A stretch of DNA of 64,000 bases from Carcharhinus amblyrhynchos (lineage: Eukaryota). The stretch is from assembly GCA_965287045.1 (NCBI GenBank), contig OZ336887.1, forward strand, positions 11,780,001-11,844,000. Reading direction: 5' to 3'. Shown in pieces: positions 1-13,520 of the stretch. The translations under genes and the position numbers were made by a program. The notes below the pieces were generated by a model, which saw only the letters and a program-made list of their open reading frames with translations, had not been told where the DNA came from and did no database searches. The stretch's first letter is position 1; each line of letters opens with the position of its first letter.

Positions 1-1519
1 ACCTGTCACTCATATCTTGCAGTCAGTTTCTCCACCCGTAATCTCCTGTATTCTGCTTGGCATTTTCTTTCTCTCCATGTAAAGATCTCTGAGGCTTCTT
101 CGTGCACCCAGATCACAAAATCAAAGCGCGTTGTCTTCTTACTATTCTTGTAATTTCTCCAAGTCGTAACATCGTCAGCACTTAGCGGGATTTTCCAGCC
201 TCGTTAACCCCAAAACCAGGAAATCCTGCCCGAAGTCAACGGATGTTTCTATGGATTGCCCCTAGCCCTCTCCTATTCCCCCATGTTCTTCTGTGCAGCA
301 GAAGGACATTTCTGACCAGGAGGTTCTTTCTTCAGTCTTGGGGCAATTCCTCAGCGGTTGTGAAAGCAAGGAGCCATATTTGATTGTGACACGCCCTTGT
401 GTTCGGTGGGGAGTACAGGAAGGGGGAGTGAGGTCAGTTCCCTACTTCTAATCATTACTCTATGACTCTTTGGGTGGAATTTCACCAAAGTTTGTCAGAG
501 TGTCAGGATTGACAGAAAACCGATGTGTGTCTCTCCAGATGCACTGCCGAGTTTTCAGACCAGATTTTCCAGCATTCAGTACACAGAGAATCTGGGAGCA
601 TGACTTACTCTGACTCCATGACCAGAAGGTTTCTCTTCAGTCTTGGGCCAGTGCCTCAGTTAGTGCAGCAACAAGGAGCCATAATTGATCTTGACATCCC
701 CTGTGTTTGGTGGGAGGGTAGGGGAGGGGAAGTGAAATTGGTTCCAGGGTTGGGGTCTGATAGAGCCGGTAAGGCTGGCGCCATGGAGATCTGGGTGGCA
801 TCTTTAAAAGGCACCTCAATCAGCGCTGGAATTAAATTCCCCCTCAACCATGGATATGGAGGACTGCCTCCATAAGCATCAGAGGAACACTCTGCACCAC
901 AGATAAGGGGAACTCCCCCAATAGAGCTTTCCAGTGGACCCACCCACCACTGCCTGGCACAGGTTGGCATTTCCAGGGCACTGCCCAGACATATCCCTCT
1001 CCCCCAGTGGGTGCCCCTTGACTGATTCGCATTCTTATATAGCTGTTGCAAACCTCACTGGCAGGGACGTACCAATACTTAATGAGGTGGGATCATGTGG
1101 TTGGGAAGATCTTTAATAATATGCTAATACACTAAAACATATGAAACTGAGGTCCCCACCCTTTGTGGGCAGGAATCTCGTTACGTCACCAGCAAGGAGC
1201 AGGGAAAACTGGGAAATGAAATCTCACCGACAAGAATCTTGTTTGCTGACTCTCGTGGGATTTTGTGTCCGTGTAGCTGTTCATGTTCACTGCAAACATG
1301 GGCACAAAATTCCGCCCCTCCCCTCCAGCAGCATAAGTAAGCATTACATCTCCCGATCTCTCCCCATTGCTGCCTGGGTTCACAGGAAAGAAGTGGCACT
1401 CTGTGGTAGGTATGAACCTCATCGTACCCTGGCAGCACTTGGCACCTTGAGAACAGCAGGAGAGAGACAGAGATGTTCCAAATATCCACAGAAATAAGCA
1501 GAAAGGAACAAAAGAATGA

Positions 1520-1950
1520 AAGGAATGGGCTTGCCTTTAAATACCATTTCTCACAGCTTCATCAGCTCCCAAAGTGCTTCACAGTCAATGAAGTCATGTA
1601 GGAAATGTAGCCAACCTTTGCACAGCAAGATCCCACAAACAACAGCTTGATAGTAATTAGATAATGTATTTAACAATGTTGGTTAAGGGGTGAGTATTAA
1701 CCAGGACATTTGGGCGATAGCCCCTGTTCCTCGTCAAAATAGTGCCATGGATATTTTAAGTTCACCTGAGGGAGCAGATGCCTCGGTTTATTATCTCATT
1801 CGAAGGTTAGGACCTCCAGCAGTGCAGCACTCCCTCAGTACTACACTGGGACTGTCAGCCCATAGTATGTGCACATGTCTCCGCGGTGAGACTTAACCCA
1901 TGACCTTATGCCTAGTGGCAAGATTGCTCCCAAAGGAGGTACAGCTGACT
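1520..1950 (-). mobile_element. Deu-domain SINE (SacSINE1-like)
   Basis: Minus strand has a tRNA-like head, CAGTGTAGTACTGAGGGAGTGCTGCACTGCTGGAGGT, AAACCGAGGC, TTTGTGGGATCTTGCTGTGCA and an L2-type tail. Confidence 0.75.
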
Positions 1951-3789
1951 TAGCTAATGTCAATGTCAAGTTCTTGTAGCTGTGTCCCTTCTCTAGAGAC
2001 TGATGCTGGATGTAAGCCTTGAAGTAAAATTGACCTGCTTCAGTCAGATCAGCAGTGGCAGATTGCCAGAAAGAAACTGATGTCAGTGGTAAATCGTTTC
2101 TGGTCTATCCTTCTGGTAACAGTCTTAACATGACTTTATCCTGTCCTTTCCGCCGATTGCAGAATAACCACCTCTGTCCTTTAATTCTGATATCAGGGCT
2201 GGGACTGTCATGAATGTTTTTGAATTCCGCTATCAGAGTAAAATGTGGGTCAGAAACCCACATTGTCAGGGATATTATTCCTGATTGCCTTGCTTTGTTA
2301 GAGAACTAAATGTGCTGTGATGCCTCATGGTTGGTGCATTGATGTTTGCACCATAGTGACATTTCCTTTATTGTGGAAGAAACAGTGAGCAGAATTTTCT
2401 GTTTCTCAGTGGGTGTCTCACTCACTGCCTGAGAAAGTGGCAAGACACCTGTGCTGAGTCTGAGGAGGAAGGCCCACGGTACTTTCTGCCCATCAGGCAG
2501 TTAGGGTGAACAGCGCTGGCCTTTCTCCCAGACAGAGCATCCTGGAAGATGACCTTTTCGCCCACCAAGAGCTGTTGGCCAATCAAAGGCCAGCACAACA
2601 GAGAAGGCCATGGCTGCAGCTGGAAGAAGAGCCTCTGGAGAGTGAGGATCACAGAGCGACCCTGGAGGAGTGCTGGGGGGAGGGGGGGCAGCTTGTCCTC
2701 CATCATGCACAGATTCCACACACGGCCCACACAGCTTTACCAGTTGTGCAGGCCACATATCAAGAGGGCAGCCTGGTGCTGGGAGCAGATATTGGTGCCA
2801 ACACCAACCCACCAAATCCTCAGGCCCACACACCTCCTTCCTCACCTTGTGGGAGGGAAGAGGATTCCAGCTAATGTTTGTGTTTTTGCGCTGATTTGCT
2901 ATTGAATGTTTATGTTAGCGTCCAGTATCCTGCTCATTACTGTGTGGGACATGTCTGCACAGGAACTAACGGCACCCCCCCTCCATGGCATTGTAATGGA
3001 CAGCATCATCTGAGGACAATCTTGCAGGGATAATTGAAATGTGGTAGATGAACTCAAAGCCATCAGGCGTCTGAATGGACCTACCTCATAATAAGTTGAT
3101 CTTTCTCTACTTCCTAGCTATGACACTATATTCTGCACCCTCTCCATTCCTTCTCTTTGTCTGTCTGGTGTGCAAGAAACAATAATTTTCAATGTACATG
3201 TGACAAAAGTAAACTGTCATGATTCTTACTAACATTCTCCACCCCCAAAAGAAATAACCTTACAATTGTGCAAGCATGAACTTACAGCTTGTAGGCTCTC
3301 CGGGGGCTCAGTTATACACCTCTTACATGAAAACAAAACATTTTGCCAATCACTAAGAAACTGAATCTGTGAGTTAATGGCCATCCTACCAGTGGAAAGT
3401 TTTTACTCATTTACTCTCACAAACCCTTCGTAATTTTGAACACCTCCATCCAACCCATAACCTCCTCTGCTCTCAGGAAAATACTCCCAGCTTCTCCAGT
3501 CTTTCCACATGAGTGATATTCTTCACACCTGGTTCTAATCCAGTCAATCTTTTCTGTGCTGTCCCCAAGGCTTTGACCTGTTCCCTATTGTGTGGTGCCC
3601 AAAATTGAACACAATACTCCAACTGAGGCCTAACTAATGATTTTGTAAAGATTGAACATAATTCCTTTGCTTTTGTACGCTGTGCCTCTATTTATAAGCC
3701 ACAGATCCCACAGACATTTTCAGTCGTCTTAACAACCTGGCGGAGTATGTTTTTTAAGTTGAATTTTTATTTGAAATTTGCTCAGTACC

Positions 3790-4200
3790 ATTGCAGAGAA
3801 GAAAGAAAAAAACTTGTCTTTCACAATCTCTGCTACACAGTTAATTAATTGACTTTGTTTCACTTTTTTTAAGTGTAGCAAGAAGGCAGGAAATTGCAAC
3901 AGGCAATCAACAATGTCCTTACTATAAACGGCAATGGAATAATTGTCCAGGTGTTAGTTGAGGTATAAATATTGTCCGGGACTCTGGAAGATGATCTCTT
4001 TTTTTGAATAACCCCTTGGGGTCTTGTGCGTCCATCTGAGTGGACAGATGTGGCCTCAGCTCATCTGAAGGACAGAACCTTCCACAATGTAATATTTCTT
4101 CAGTAGTGCACTAGTGGGCTAACCTAAGTTGTATGTGCAAAGCACAGGCATGACACCACCGCCTTCTGAGTGAGAGACAAGGTGGCTCCCACTAAATCAT
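3790..4200 (-). mobile_element. More decayed Deu-domain SINE copy
   Basis: Colinear similarity with 1520-1950 (TCCATCTGAG..CAGAT..GCCTC..TCATCTGAAGGACAG..CCTTC..CTCAGTAGTGCACT). Confidence 0.55.
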
Positions 4201-5870
4201 AATGATGATAAGATGACAAGTGAATGGGAACCATTCCATATGGAGCATTTTGAGATGAAACTTGCTGTCTCCTCACACATTTGAACTTGTTCAGATCCCA
4301 AATATTTGGAACTGGTTTCTGGGCCAAAGTGGACATGTTTACAATGCTTGGATTGACCAAGATTTAAGACCTTCCTTTGTATAGTAAACAGCATAAAGAG
4401 AATAAGAAAGAGACACTGTTTACATGTGTCATGGTACTTGGAATTCAACTATAACAGTAAAAGGAGAAAACTCTGTCCTCATTGACACTGTAAGAAAACT
4501 GTTCAAAATTCCAAACCTCACACCATCCAATGGCACTTAAGGATCTTGTAAATGAAAGAATTATATAAGTCAAGGGTGATGAATGAACTCAGCTGTCATT
4601 GTATCGCTTCAGCTCCCAAAAATGGTCTTTCTGTTGGATGGAGCTTCAGTTGTTTGAAATCTGCTCCAGGCTTTTGTAAATACTCAAAAGGCAAGACAAA
4701 GTGATGGAACCACCAGGAATACATCCAGCCAGAGTTGGCAACACAAGTGGAGTGGGAATTTGATCATCAGCAACTCTACATCCTTTAGTTCTCTTTCACT
4801 TTTTCACTTTCAGTGTTTTAGGATATTAAATTTGCTGGACTTAGGCAAATCTGAGAAAACTAAGCCTCTGGATTCCAGCAGGCCTGTGCAAAGATTAATT
4901 CTTGAAACATAAAATCTTTGCCTTACCCTTTGATGTAGATGCGGGGAACTACTCCCTCCTGTACACCATTGTGGGTGTACCTACACTATGCGGACTGCAG
5001 CGCTTCAAGAAGACAGCTTACCACCACCTTCTCAAGGGCAATTAGGGACAGACAATAAATTTGCTGGCTTAGTCAGCAACGCCCACATCCTGAGAAAGAA
5101 TGAAAAAGAACCAAGCTAGCTGGGGGTTGGGTGTGCTTGCCACTCACAACTTAAAATTGCAGCGGATCAGATGAAGGGAGGGAGAGAAGCTCCTGTTCTC
5201 TGTTTCAGCTGTCCCCTCCCCCTATTGGTTTCCATGGTGAAGTTAACATTGTTCATGTTTGATATTTTACAATTTCTGACAGCCTTATAACCAAGCAGCA
5301 CATGAATGGATGCACTGTTTCAGCACATAACAAACAGCAATCCAACTCAACGCTTAGACTTGTAGAAAGGGAGGGTTCCAGTGCCTGCATTTTCTCAGGC
5401 AAAAAAGCAGAACAGAAAAGCGTACTTGACTTCACAAGCATTTAATGAGGCTTGTAACCTGACATGGGCCTGGCTTACTGCTCTGACCCTAATTAAAGAT
5501 GACACTGAATTAGATAAACATTCTCATCGATGTGGCAGGTCTGAATATGTGACAAAAATATCGATACAGAGTTTGAGGATAGGCTAGCCAGGAGCAAAAC
5601 CAATTGGCCCCTTGTCACTTTTTTGGCCTCGGCACACATACATACTGTTGAAATAACGCAAAATAGTTATGAGTGGACTGGTCATATAGGGAATCAGGTG
5701 GCAGACCCCAGTCAATGGATAAAGGATTCTCTCTGTTTTTTTTCCACAGGAATACCAAAGAATCGGATAAGTTCCCACATGAAAGGTTTTTAAACAAAAT
5801 GACAGCAAATGGGGGTTAGAGTAATATATCAGCTCGTAGGGTGGACTGATTAAAGGACAAAAAAAACAGA

Positions 5871-6006
5871 GGCTGGAATTCTCCGGTCTTACTCATCTCA
5901 CTACCACTGCCAATGAGGACGGGGAATTTGGCGCTCAGCCAAATCGCTGTTCACAGCAGTGGGACTGGATAATCCCAGCCGCAGGCGAGGCTGGAGAATT
6001 CTTACC
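5871..6006. mobile_element. ~136-bp MITE-like element with terminal inverted repeats
   Basis: GGCTGGAATTCTCC ... GGAGAATTCTTACC. The internal sequence is shared with 18292-18427, and it interrupts a CR1 frame. Confidence 0.65.
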
Positions 6007-6459
6007 AGAAGGTAGGAATAAACAACTGATTTTCAGGTTGGCAGGTTGTTACCCAACGAGCTTCCAGTCTCCAGGGACCTCAGCCATTTACAATCGACAT
6101 TGATAACTTAGATGGAGGAACTGGGTGCTATGTATCAAGATTCGTTGATGAAACAAAACTTGGTGGGAAAGTGAGGAGGATGTAAAAAGGCTGCAAAGGG
6201 ATATTGGCAGGTTAAGTGTTTGGAGAAGGAGGTGGAAAATTGGAGTGTAATCTGGAGAACTGTGAGGTAGAAAAAATAGAAAAATCTGAATATTTTTTAA
6301 ATTATGAGAAACTAATAAATGTTGGTAATCAAAGAGATTTGGAGGTCTTTATACACAAAACACATGCTGGCACAGGAAGCAATTAGGAAGGACATGGTAT
6401 GTTGGCCTTTATTACAAGAAGTTTGGAATACAAAGAATAAGGAATTTTTTAAAATAGTA

Positions 6460-6790
6460 TTTTCATGGATGTGGGCGTTGCTGGCTGGGCCAATATTTAT
6501 TGTCCGTCCCTGAGGACATTTAGAAGTCAACCACATTGCTGTGAGTCTGGAGTCATATGTAGACCAGACCAGATAAGGATGGCAGATTTCCTTCCCTAAA
6601 GTATATTCGTGAACAAGATGGGTTTTTACAACAATCAACAATGGTTTCATGAGCAGCGTTATTTCAGATTTTTATTGAACTTAAATTTCATCATCTGCCA
6701 TGGTGGGATTTGAACCCAGGTCTCCAGAACATTACCTTGGGTCTCTGGATTACTAGTCCATGGCAATACCACTATACCTTGCCTCCCTGG
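6460..6790 (-). mobile_element. tRNA-headed SINE with MER131-like core and CR1-group LINE tail
   Basis: Minus strand reads TAGTGGTATTGCCATGGACTAGTAATCCAGAG..GGGTTCAAATCCC, then TTTAGGGAAGGAAATCTGCCATCCTTATCTGGTCTGGTCTACATATGACTCCAG, then a tail CCAGCAACGCCCACATCC. Confidence 0.75.
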
Positions 6791-6934
6791 AATTGCACAG
6801 GCTTGGTGAGATCACACCTGCACTATTGTGTTCAGCTTAGGTCCCTCTATCTAAAGAAAGATTTTTAAAAATTAATTCAAGGAATGTGGACCTCACTAGT
6901 TAGACAAACATTTATTGGTTATCCCAATTATTTT

Positions 6935-7290
6935 TTATTCATTTGTAGGACATGGGTGTCGCTGGCTGGCCAGCATTTACTGCCCATCCCTGGTTGCCCT
7001 TGTTCAGAGGGCAGCTGAGAGTCGACCACATTGTTGTGGCTCTGAAGTCACATGTAGGCCAATCTAGGTAAGGACGGCAGATTTCCTTCCCTAAACGAAA
7101 CCAGATGGGTTTTTCTGACAATCGACAATGGTTTCATGGTCATCAGTACATTCTTAATTCCAGAGTTTTTATTTATTGAATTCAAATTCCACCATCTGCT
7201 GTGGTGGGATTCAAACCCTGGTCCCGAGAACATTAGCCGAGTTTCTGGATTAATAGTCCAGCGGTAACACCACCAGGCCATCGCCTCTGA
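6935..7290 (-). mobile_element. Second copy of the same MER131-like SINE
   Basis: Colinear with 6460-6790 over ~330 nt. Confidence 0.75.
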
Positions 7291-9408
7291 GAAGGTGCCC
7301 TTGATAAGGTGGCAGTAAGTTGCCACCTTGGACCACTGTAGTTCATGTGTAGGTACACCCACAGTGCTGTTAGAGAGGGAATTCTCAGGATTTTGACCCA
7401 GTGACAGTAAAGGAATGGCAATTTATTTCCAAGTCAGGATGGTAAGTGGCATGGAAGGGAACCTCCAGGCGTGGTATCTGCTGCACTTGTCCTTCTAGAT
7501 GGTAGTGATTGTGGGTTTGGAAGATGCTGTCTAAGGAACCTCAGTGATCTGCTGCAGTGCACCTTGAAGATGGTTCACACTTCTGCCACTGTGCATTAGT
7601 GGTGGAAAAAGTGAATGTTTGTGGGTGGAGTGAATTCATGACGAGAGTCAGTTGGATAAGGAATCAATAATTTAGGACTCAGATAAGGAGAAACTTCTTC
7701 AAAGGGTCGTGAACTTTGGAATTCTCTACCCCAGATGTTGCTCACTTACTGAACATATTGGTAGGTGTTAGGGATATGGGAATCAGGTAGGAAAGTGGAT
7801 TGAGGTTAAAGAGTAACAATGATATTAAGAGGCACAGCTGACTCAAGAGGCTGTACAGTTTACTCAATGTCCTTTCTCTTATACTTTTACAGTCTAAGGT
7901 TTCATGTTCTAATCCTGTCATCTTTTAGAAGAGTCAGACCAACCTAGAAATGGTTGTTTATTAGCGTTGGAGCTTTCCAAAATGTTGGGTTGTGAGTATA
8001 AGGGACAATGTTTGGTCTAACGTCTATCTGCAGTGTACTGGCTGCCTGTTGCACTGCCTAGTCCCTTCAAGATTGCCATCAGGTTGCGTGTGCGTACATC
8101 TTAAAGGGAACACTGATATTAAGATGTTACATCCTAAACTCTGGAATTCTTTCCCTAAACCTCTCCACTTCCCTTCTCTCTTTTCAGACATTTCTTAAAA
8201 TCTACTTCCAAGCCTTTGGTTATCTCCTTAGTGTCTCAGAATCAAATTTTATTTGAGGCGCTACTGTGAAAGCATCTTGGGATATTTTACTATGCTTTTG
8301 GCGCTATATCAATGCACATGAAGCTGATGTGACAGGCCTGTGCAATGGGACTGAACAGAAAGACAGTGCAGCAGCTTGCTTCATAATCCCTCTGTCATTA
8401 AATGCTCTCTGCAGCTCTGCAAGTTTTAGACTGGAATAGTTTTAACTGATAAAAATCCACTTTATCTGGGGAAAAACAATCTCTTTTTATCAGACAAGTA
8501 AATATCTGGTGGATGGTCTTAAAAAGGCCTTGTGTCCACAGGATGCCTTAACCGTTGATGTCAGAGTTTTACTGTACCTAGCAATCCCCAGGAAGATTAA
8601 TCTCAAACACAAATGAAGAATTGAAAAAAAAGTAACAAATTTATTAATAATTTTAACTATTTAATTACAAATCTGAATCTGACCAAACATAGAATACAGT
8701 TGTACGAAGAGGATAGTTTCACCATCAAGTACACATTTTTAGATGGCAGACAAAATTCAGGAACAAATTTAAAAATGTTCACCCAACCATTCCTGGGGCC
8801 AGGGTGGGTTGTTTAAAGGAGCAACATAGGTGGGAAGAACTGAAATTTGGAGATTGTAGGAAACCTAACTCCCACGGGTTACAAACCTCTTTGGTCATTT
8901 TTGGAAATCCTGACACTTTTGGGGAGTTTAGTCTGTATCTTGAGGGCTTGGATAGTAATCTAATACGAATTAGGGAAATGTGCAGCCTACAATATATTTC
9001 CCTCATCCATTCCCGTGCCACTGTTGGGCAACAGGACATTCTGAGAGCTTGGCATTCAGCTTAATGGGACTGTGAGAAGTCTGCGAATTCAAAGGCAACT
9101 CCTAGGATGTAATCAACAGTAACAAATACAGAAAATGCTGGAAAACCTCAGCAGGTCTGACAGCATCTGTGGAGCGAGAATAGAACTAATGTTTTGAGTC
9201 TGGATGAGCCTTTGTCAGAGCTCAATGTTAACTGTTACAGTGGGGGAGTGGAGGGGAGCCGATATTGACAAAGATGTCATGGACAAACAGAACGTAGGGA
9301 ATGTAAATGGTGGTCTAATCATGGCTAAGAAGGGTGCTGGTAGCAGCACATAATAGATCAGAATGTGTAAATAGTAGAACAAAGGTAAGCAGTGTGTTAA
9401 AGGACGAT

Positions 9409-9705
9409 GGGCAGCACGGTGGCACTGCTGCCTCATGGCGCCAGGATACCGGGTTCAATTCCTGGCTTGGGTCACTGTGCAGAGTTTGCATGTTCTCCCT
9501 GTGTCTGCTTGGGTTTCCTCCGGGTGCTCCAGTTTCCTCTCAAACAGCCCGAAAGACGCGCTGGTTAGATGCATTGGCCGTGCTAAATTCTCCCTCAGTG
9601 TACTTGAACAGGTGCCGGAATGAGGCAATCAGTGGATTTTCACAGTAACTTCATTGCAGTGTTAATGTAAGCCTACTTGTGACATTAATAAATCAACTTT
9701 AACTT
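9409..9705 (+). mobile_element. V-SINE (HE1-like head and V domain), tail type B
   Basis: GGGTTTCCTCCGGGTGCTCCAGTTTCCTC V domain; tail TTTTCACAGTAACTTCATTGCAGTGTTAATGTAAGCCTACTTGTGACATTAATAAAT. Confidence 0.85.
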
Positions 9706-10000
9706 TTAACCAGAAACAGGTGACAGCTGCTAGTGGGTTGGTGGCAGGGAGAGAGACCATTGGAACAAGATGGAAAGTAAGATTATTAAAAAGTGGACAA
9801 ATGAAGAAATGAAAATTGAAAGTAAAAATAAATAAGATAAAATAAAATAAATGGAAAGGTGGGGAGAGAGTTTATGCCCTGAAGTTGTTGAACCAAAAAT
9901 TCAATCAAAACAGTGAGTTTCAGACAAGCAACTTAAAGTGGAGAGATCGAGAAAGCTTTGGGCTTAGTTGACTGAAGGTACAGCTGCCAGTGGTGGGTAA

Positions 10001-10290
10001 ATCATAGAATCCCTACCATGCAGAAGGAGGCCATTCAGCCCATCAAGCCTGCACCAACAACACAGACTCTATCCCCGTAACCCCATTTACTTACTAATCT
10101 CCCTGACACTAGGGTCAATTGAGTATAGCCAGTCAACCTAAACCGTGCATCTTTGGATTGTGGGAGGAAACTGGGGCACCCGGAGGAAACCCACACAGAC
10201 ATGGGGAGAATGTGCAAACTCCACACAGACAGTGACCCCCGAGGCCAGAATTGAACCCTGGTCCCTGGCTCTGTGAGGCTGCAGGTGCCA
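10001..10290 (-). mobile_element. V-SINE (HE1-like), tail type A
   Basis: V domain plus tail GGCTGAATGGCCTCCTTCTGCATGGTAGGGATTCTATGAT. Confidence 0.85.
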
Positions 10291-12609
10291 CCAGCAAGTA
10301 GAGGATGCACAAGAAGTCAGATGTAAAGGAATACAGAGTTCATGCAAGTTGTAGGACTGCAGAATGTTACAAAGGAGGAGGAAGCAAGACTATGAAGGAA
10401 TTTAAACATAAGGGTGAGATTTCTTTCATTGAGCTATTGACTTGGAAAATATTGCCAAAATGTTTGACTTTAAACAAGTAAAAATAACAGTGAGAACAGG
10501 AAATGAGTATCCAAAAAGAGTTTAAACTATTGGTCTCTGAGCTTTAGTGGAAAGGGGATCAGGTGTGGTGAAAAATACTCTTCTCATTCATTACAAGCTC
10601 AAGTGTCACTGTTGGTATGAATAAATTCTACCCCAGAGGGGGGATATAAGAAGGCCATTCAGCCCATCGTACCTGCACTGGCTCTTTTAAAAGAGCTACT
10701 GTATTGGTCCCACTCCCCTGCATCTTCCCCATAATACCACACATTTTTCCATTCTCCTTCCCATACAACTCCCTGTTGATAAATACTATTGAACAGGCTT
10801 TCACCATCTTTGTAGGCAGTGCATTCCAGATCAGAATGAATCAGAGTAAAAGCAAATTCTCTCCATGACCCACCCTGCTTTCCCCACAATCCTGCTTCCC
10901 ACGACAGATCTTTTCCCAATTTTTGTAAATCGGAGTCCCCTGGTTACCAGCCTTTCTGCCAGTGGAAACTGTTTCTCATTACTTACTTTAGCAAAACCCC
11001 TTATGATTTTGAACAACTCTGGTAAACTTTCCATTTTGAGAAGAACATCTTTAGCTGCTCTCGATTCCCCACATATCCTCCACCCTTGCTGCTGTTTGAG
11101 GTGAATCTCCTCTGCACCCCCTCGAAGGCCTTGACATCCTTCCAAACTGGACAGTGAAGCTGGGATCTACTTTACTGGGAGCTGTACCATTACTGTTAGA
11201 CCACAGGCGGCAATCTGAGTAACCTAGGGTGACATGAGTGTGGGGCACAGCTGTATAAACTGTTAACACTCATCTTGTTTTCTTTCTTTGCAAGATCAAA
11301 ACAAGATTCATCTGTGATATGAGGTGATTTGGCAAGATGTCACAAACCAAAACATGATAGATACTAAGGGTGGAATTTGCTGATAGGCCACGCACTGAAC
11401 CTGACGGGGGACAAAAAGTCAGAAACCTGCTGGCACTAAACGATGTCGCAATCCTCCCAATGGTGGGTTAACGGTGGCAGGAGACACATACACCATTTCG
11501 TTCATTTCCATCTCATGAGTGTTGATTAAAGCAGCTGTCCCCTGGCATCCTGTCAGGCTTTCCAATCTTGTGTCACATCAGAAATCCTATCAGTGTTAAT
11601 ACGGCCCTCATTTTGCCCAAAACGTCAAGGTAAGTGCAACACTGCCATACCTCTCCTGAGGCACTGTTCACCACTCTGCCAAGACAAACCAGTTCCTGCC
11701 CTCCATCTCTATGCCAAACTGGTCTTCATTGATAGCACTGTGCTGCTGGAGTTAAGCAGTACAGAGGTCTCCCCCCACCCCCGGTGCCACACACCAGTGT
11801 CTAACTGGACAGCACTGTCCTGTGGGACTCATGCATCCACTGCAACAAAGATCTGAAGTTTGGCCGGGGTGGGGAGCAAGCAGAGAAGATTGGGGAGTTC
11901 TGGTGGCCTGACAATGACACAGGGGGGGCAATGTGGAAGGAGGTATGTGCAGGGGGGGCGCGGAGTGGAAGGGAGCACACGAAGGCAGGCAGAGAGGTAT
12001 GGAGGTGGATAGGTGGATGAAGAAAACAAATAATGAAAGACCAAGAAGAGGGAAGCTGGACCCTGACAAGACTGCTTGAAAAGCTCATACACAACTGCAT
12101 CAAAGGGACACCATAATGATACAGGAAGGGGACACACAGATTCCAGCTGCATTGGACCAAGTGGGCATAGGCACCTTGCGGGTGATGGGATGGGTGGGGA
12201 GGATGGTGGAATCGTGGAACAGATTTCTCCTTGAGGCTGCGAGTCTTTTCCCTCTGGACATCCTGCAGGATCTGGTGAATTCAGGTGGGCTGAAGAGAGT
12301 GATCAGAGTATGCTGGACTGGTATTTAAATACGGCACCAGGATCTTCAAACTAAGGATGGCAGATGAATCAGCTGGTCAGGTAACTCAGAGGGGAACTGG
12401 CTTGTGCATAATTAATGATGTTCCAAGCACAGGATCTGCTGTGGGACCCCATCATTCTGGCCATCGAGACAGGCATCATTTGATCTGCCCACCTTCACAT
12501 TTAGTCTCAAATAGGAGAATTCCACCCAAATTGACATCGCTATCATTGCACATTTTGAATGTTTGAACAGGGCTTGCAGCAGGAGCTCTGTACTCACGTG
12601 TAGTAAAGT

Positions 12610-13520
12610 CAAAAGCTACTTATTCTGGCTTTACCAATGAATGATTTATTATCAATACTATATATATATATACAAAATAAGGGTCTGACAGAACTCATAC
12701 ACAAGTCTACTCTCATCTCCTCCCTGGCTCTGACTGAGGTTCCTCCCTTCCCAGGATACGCGCCCTTGCTCCCAATTGGCTAAGTTTCCCTCTCCATAGG
12801 GTCCGGCCAATCACATGGCCCTCAAAGAATTGCCCCCTTTAAAAGGGCCAGGTTATTTCTTTCCCCCTAATTCCTGAGTCCACTCGTGAAGGAAACAAAA
12901 GAAACATCATTGAACATTGGCATTCATGGCACATCCCCAGGAAGAACTCATTCACAAAGTCAATTAGTCTGGAGACGTTCGGACTCTGGAGGAACGTCCC
13001 AACTTGGTATTGGGTCTTTCCGTGAGTTTAGAATCCAGGCAGATGTAAAAAGCAAATTCATCAATCAGGGCTTAACATCCTCCTCAGTTGCTTCTACCTT
13101 CCCAGCTACAGAAACCGTGGGTTGCCTCTGCACCACATTAACAACAGGAATCCCTGGATCACCACAGGACACAGCTGTTGATTCCCTGGATCAGGGCTAA
13201 CCCTCTGCCTCAGATGATCCACATTTTTTTTTACATGGTGATCTTGTACTTCTAAAATGTAGGAGACCAGTCCCATTCTTTTGACAATTTTACCAGCAAT
13301 CCATGTCGGTCCTGCTGCAAAGCTCCCAGCCAGAAATAAATCATCAACCTGGAAAATTCTGTCCTGTTTTATTTCTGAGAGGCTTGCTCCACCCTCCCTT
13401 CAAATCTGGAAAGACCAAATCCAGACAGCCTTGTAGGCAGCATCCCATTAATAACTCAGCTGCTGTAATCCCTGTGGTCACATTCAGTATGATATTGTAT
13501 CACAACTAGAAACTTGCCAA
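12610..13520 (-). mobile_element. Gypsy-type LTR retrotransposon relic (integrase C-terminus, polypurine tract, degraded 3' LTR)
   Basis: Minus strand reads TTGITAAELLMGCCLQGCLDLVFPDL (cf. TTG.SPAELLMGR.LRT.LDL) and VDHLR. Purine tract AGGGGGAAAGAAA at ~12868-12856 is followed by an LTR-like segment containing AATAAA. Confidence 0.6.

Larger units (their letters stand above)
5740..7870 (+). mobile_element. Fragmented old CR1 (pieces ~5740-5870, 6007-6450, 6790-6870, 7640-7870) hosting MITE and SINE insertions
   Basis: Remnants DKFPHER, FSGWQ, RFVDETKLGG, LQRDIGRL, YCVQL, RRNFF..RVVN.WNSLP. Confidence 0.6.

Noticed and set aside
2422-2930. Overlapping 100-120 aa ORFs as a small gene
   Set aside because: There is no recognisable domain or splice structure. 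The GC-rich segment is more likely a decayed transposon interior, which I could not classify.
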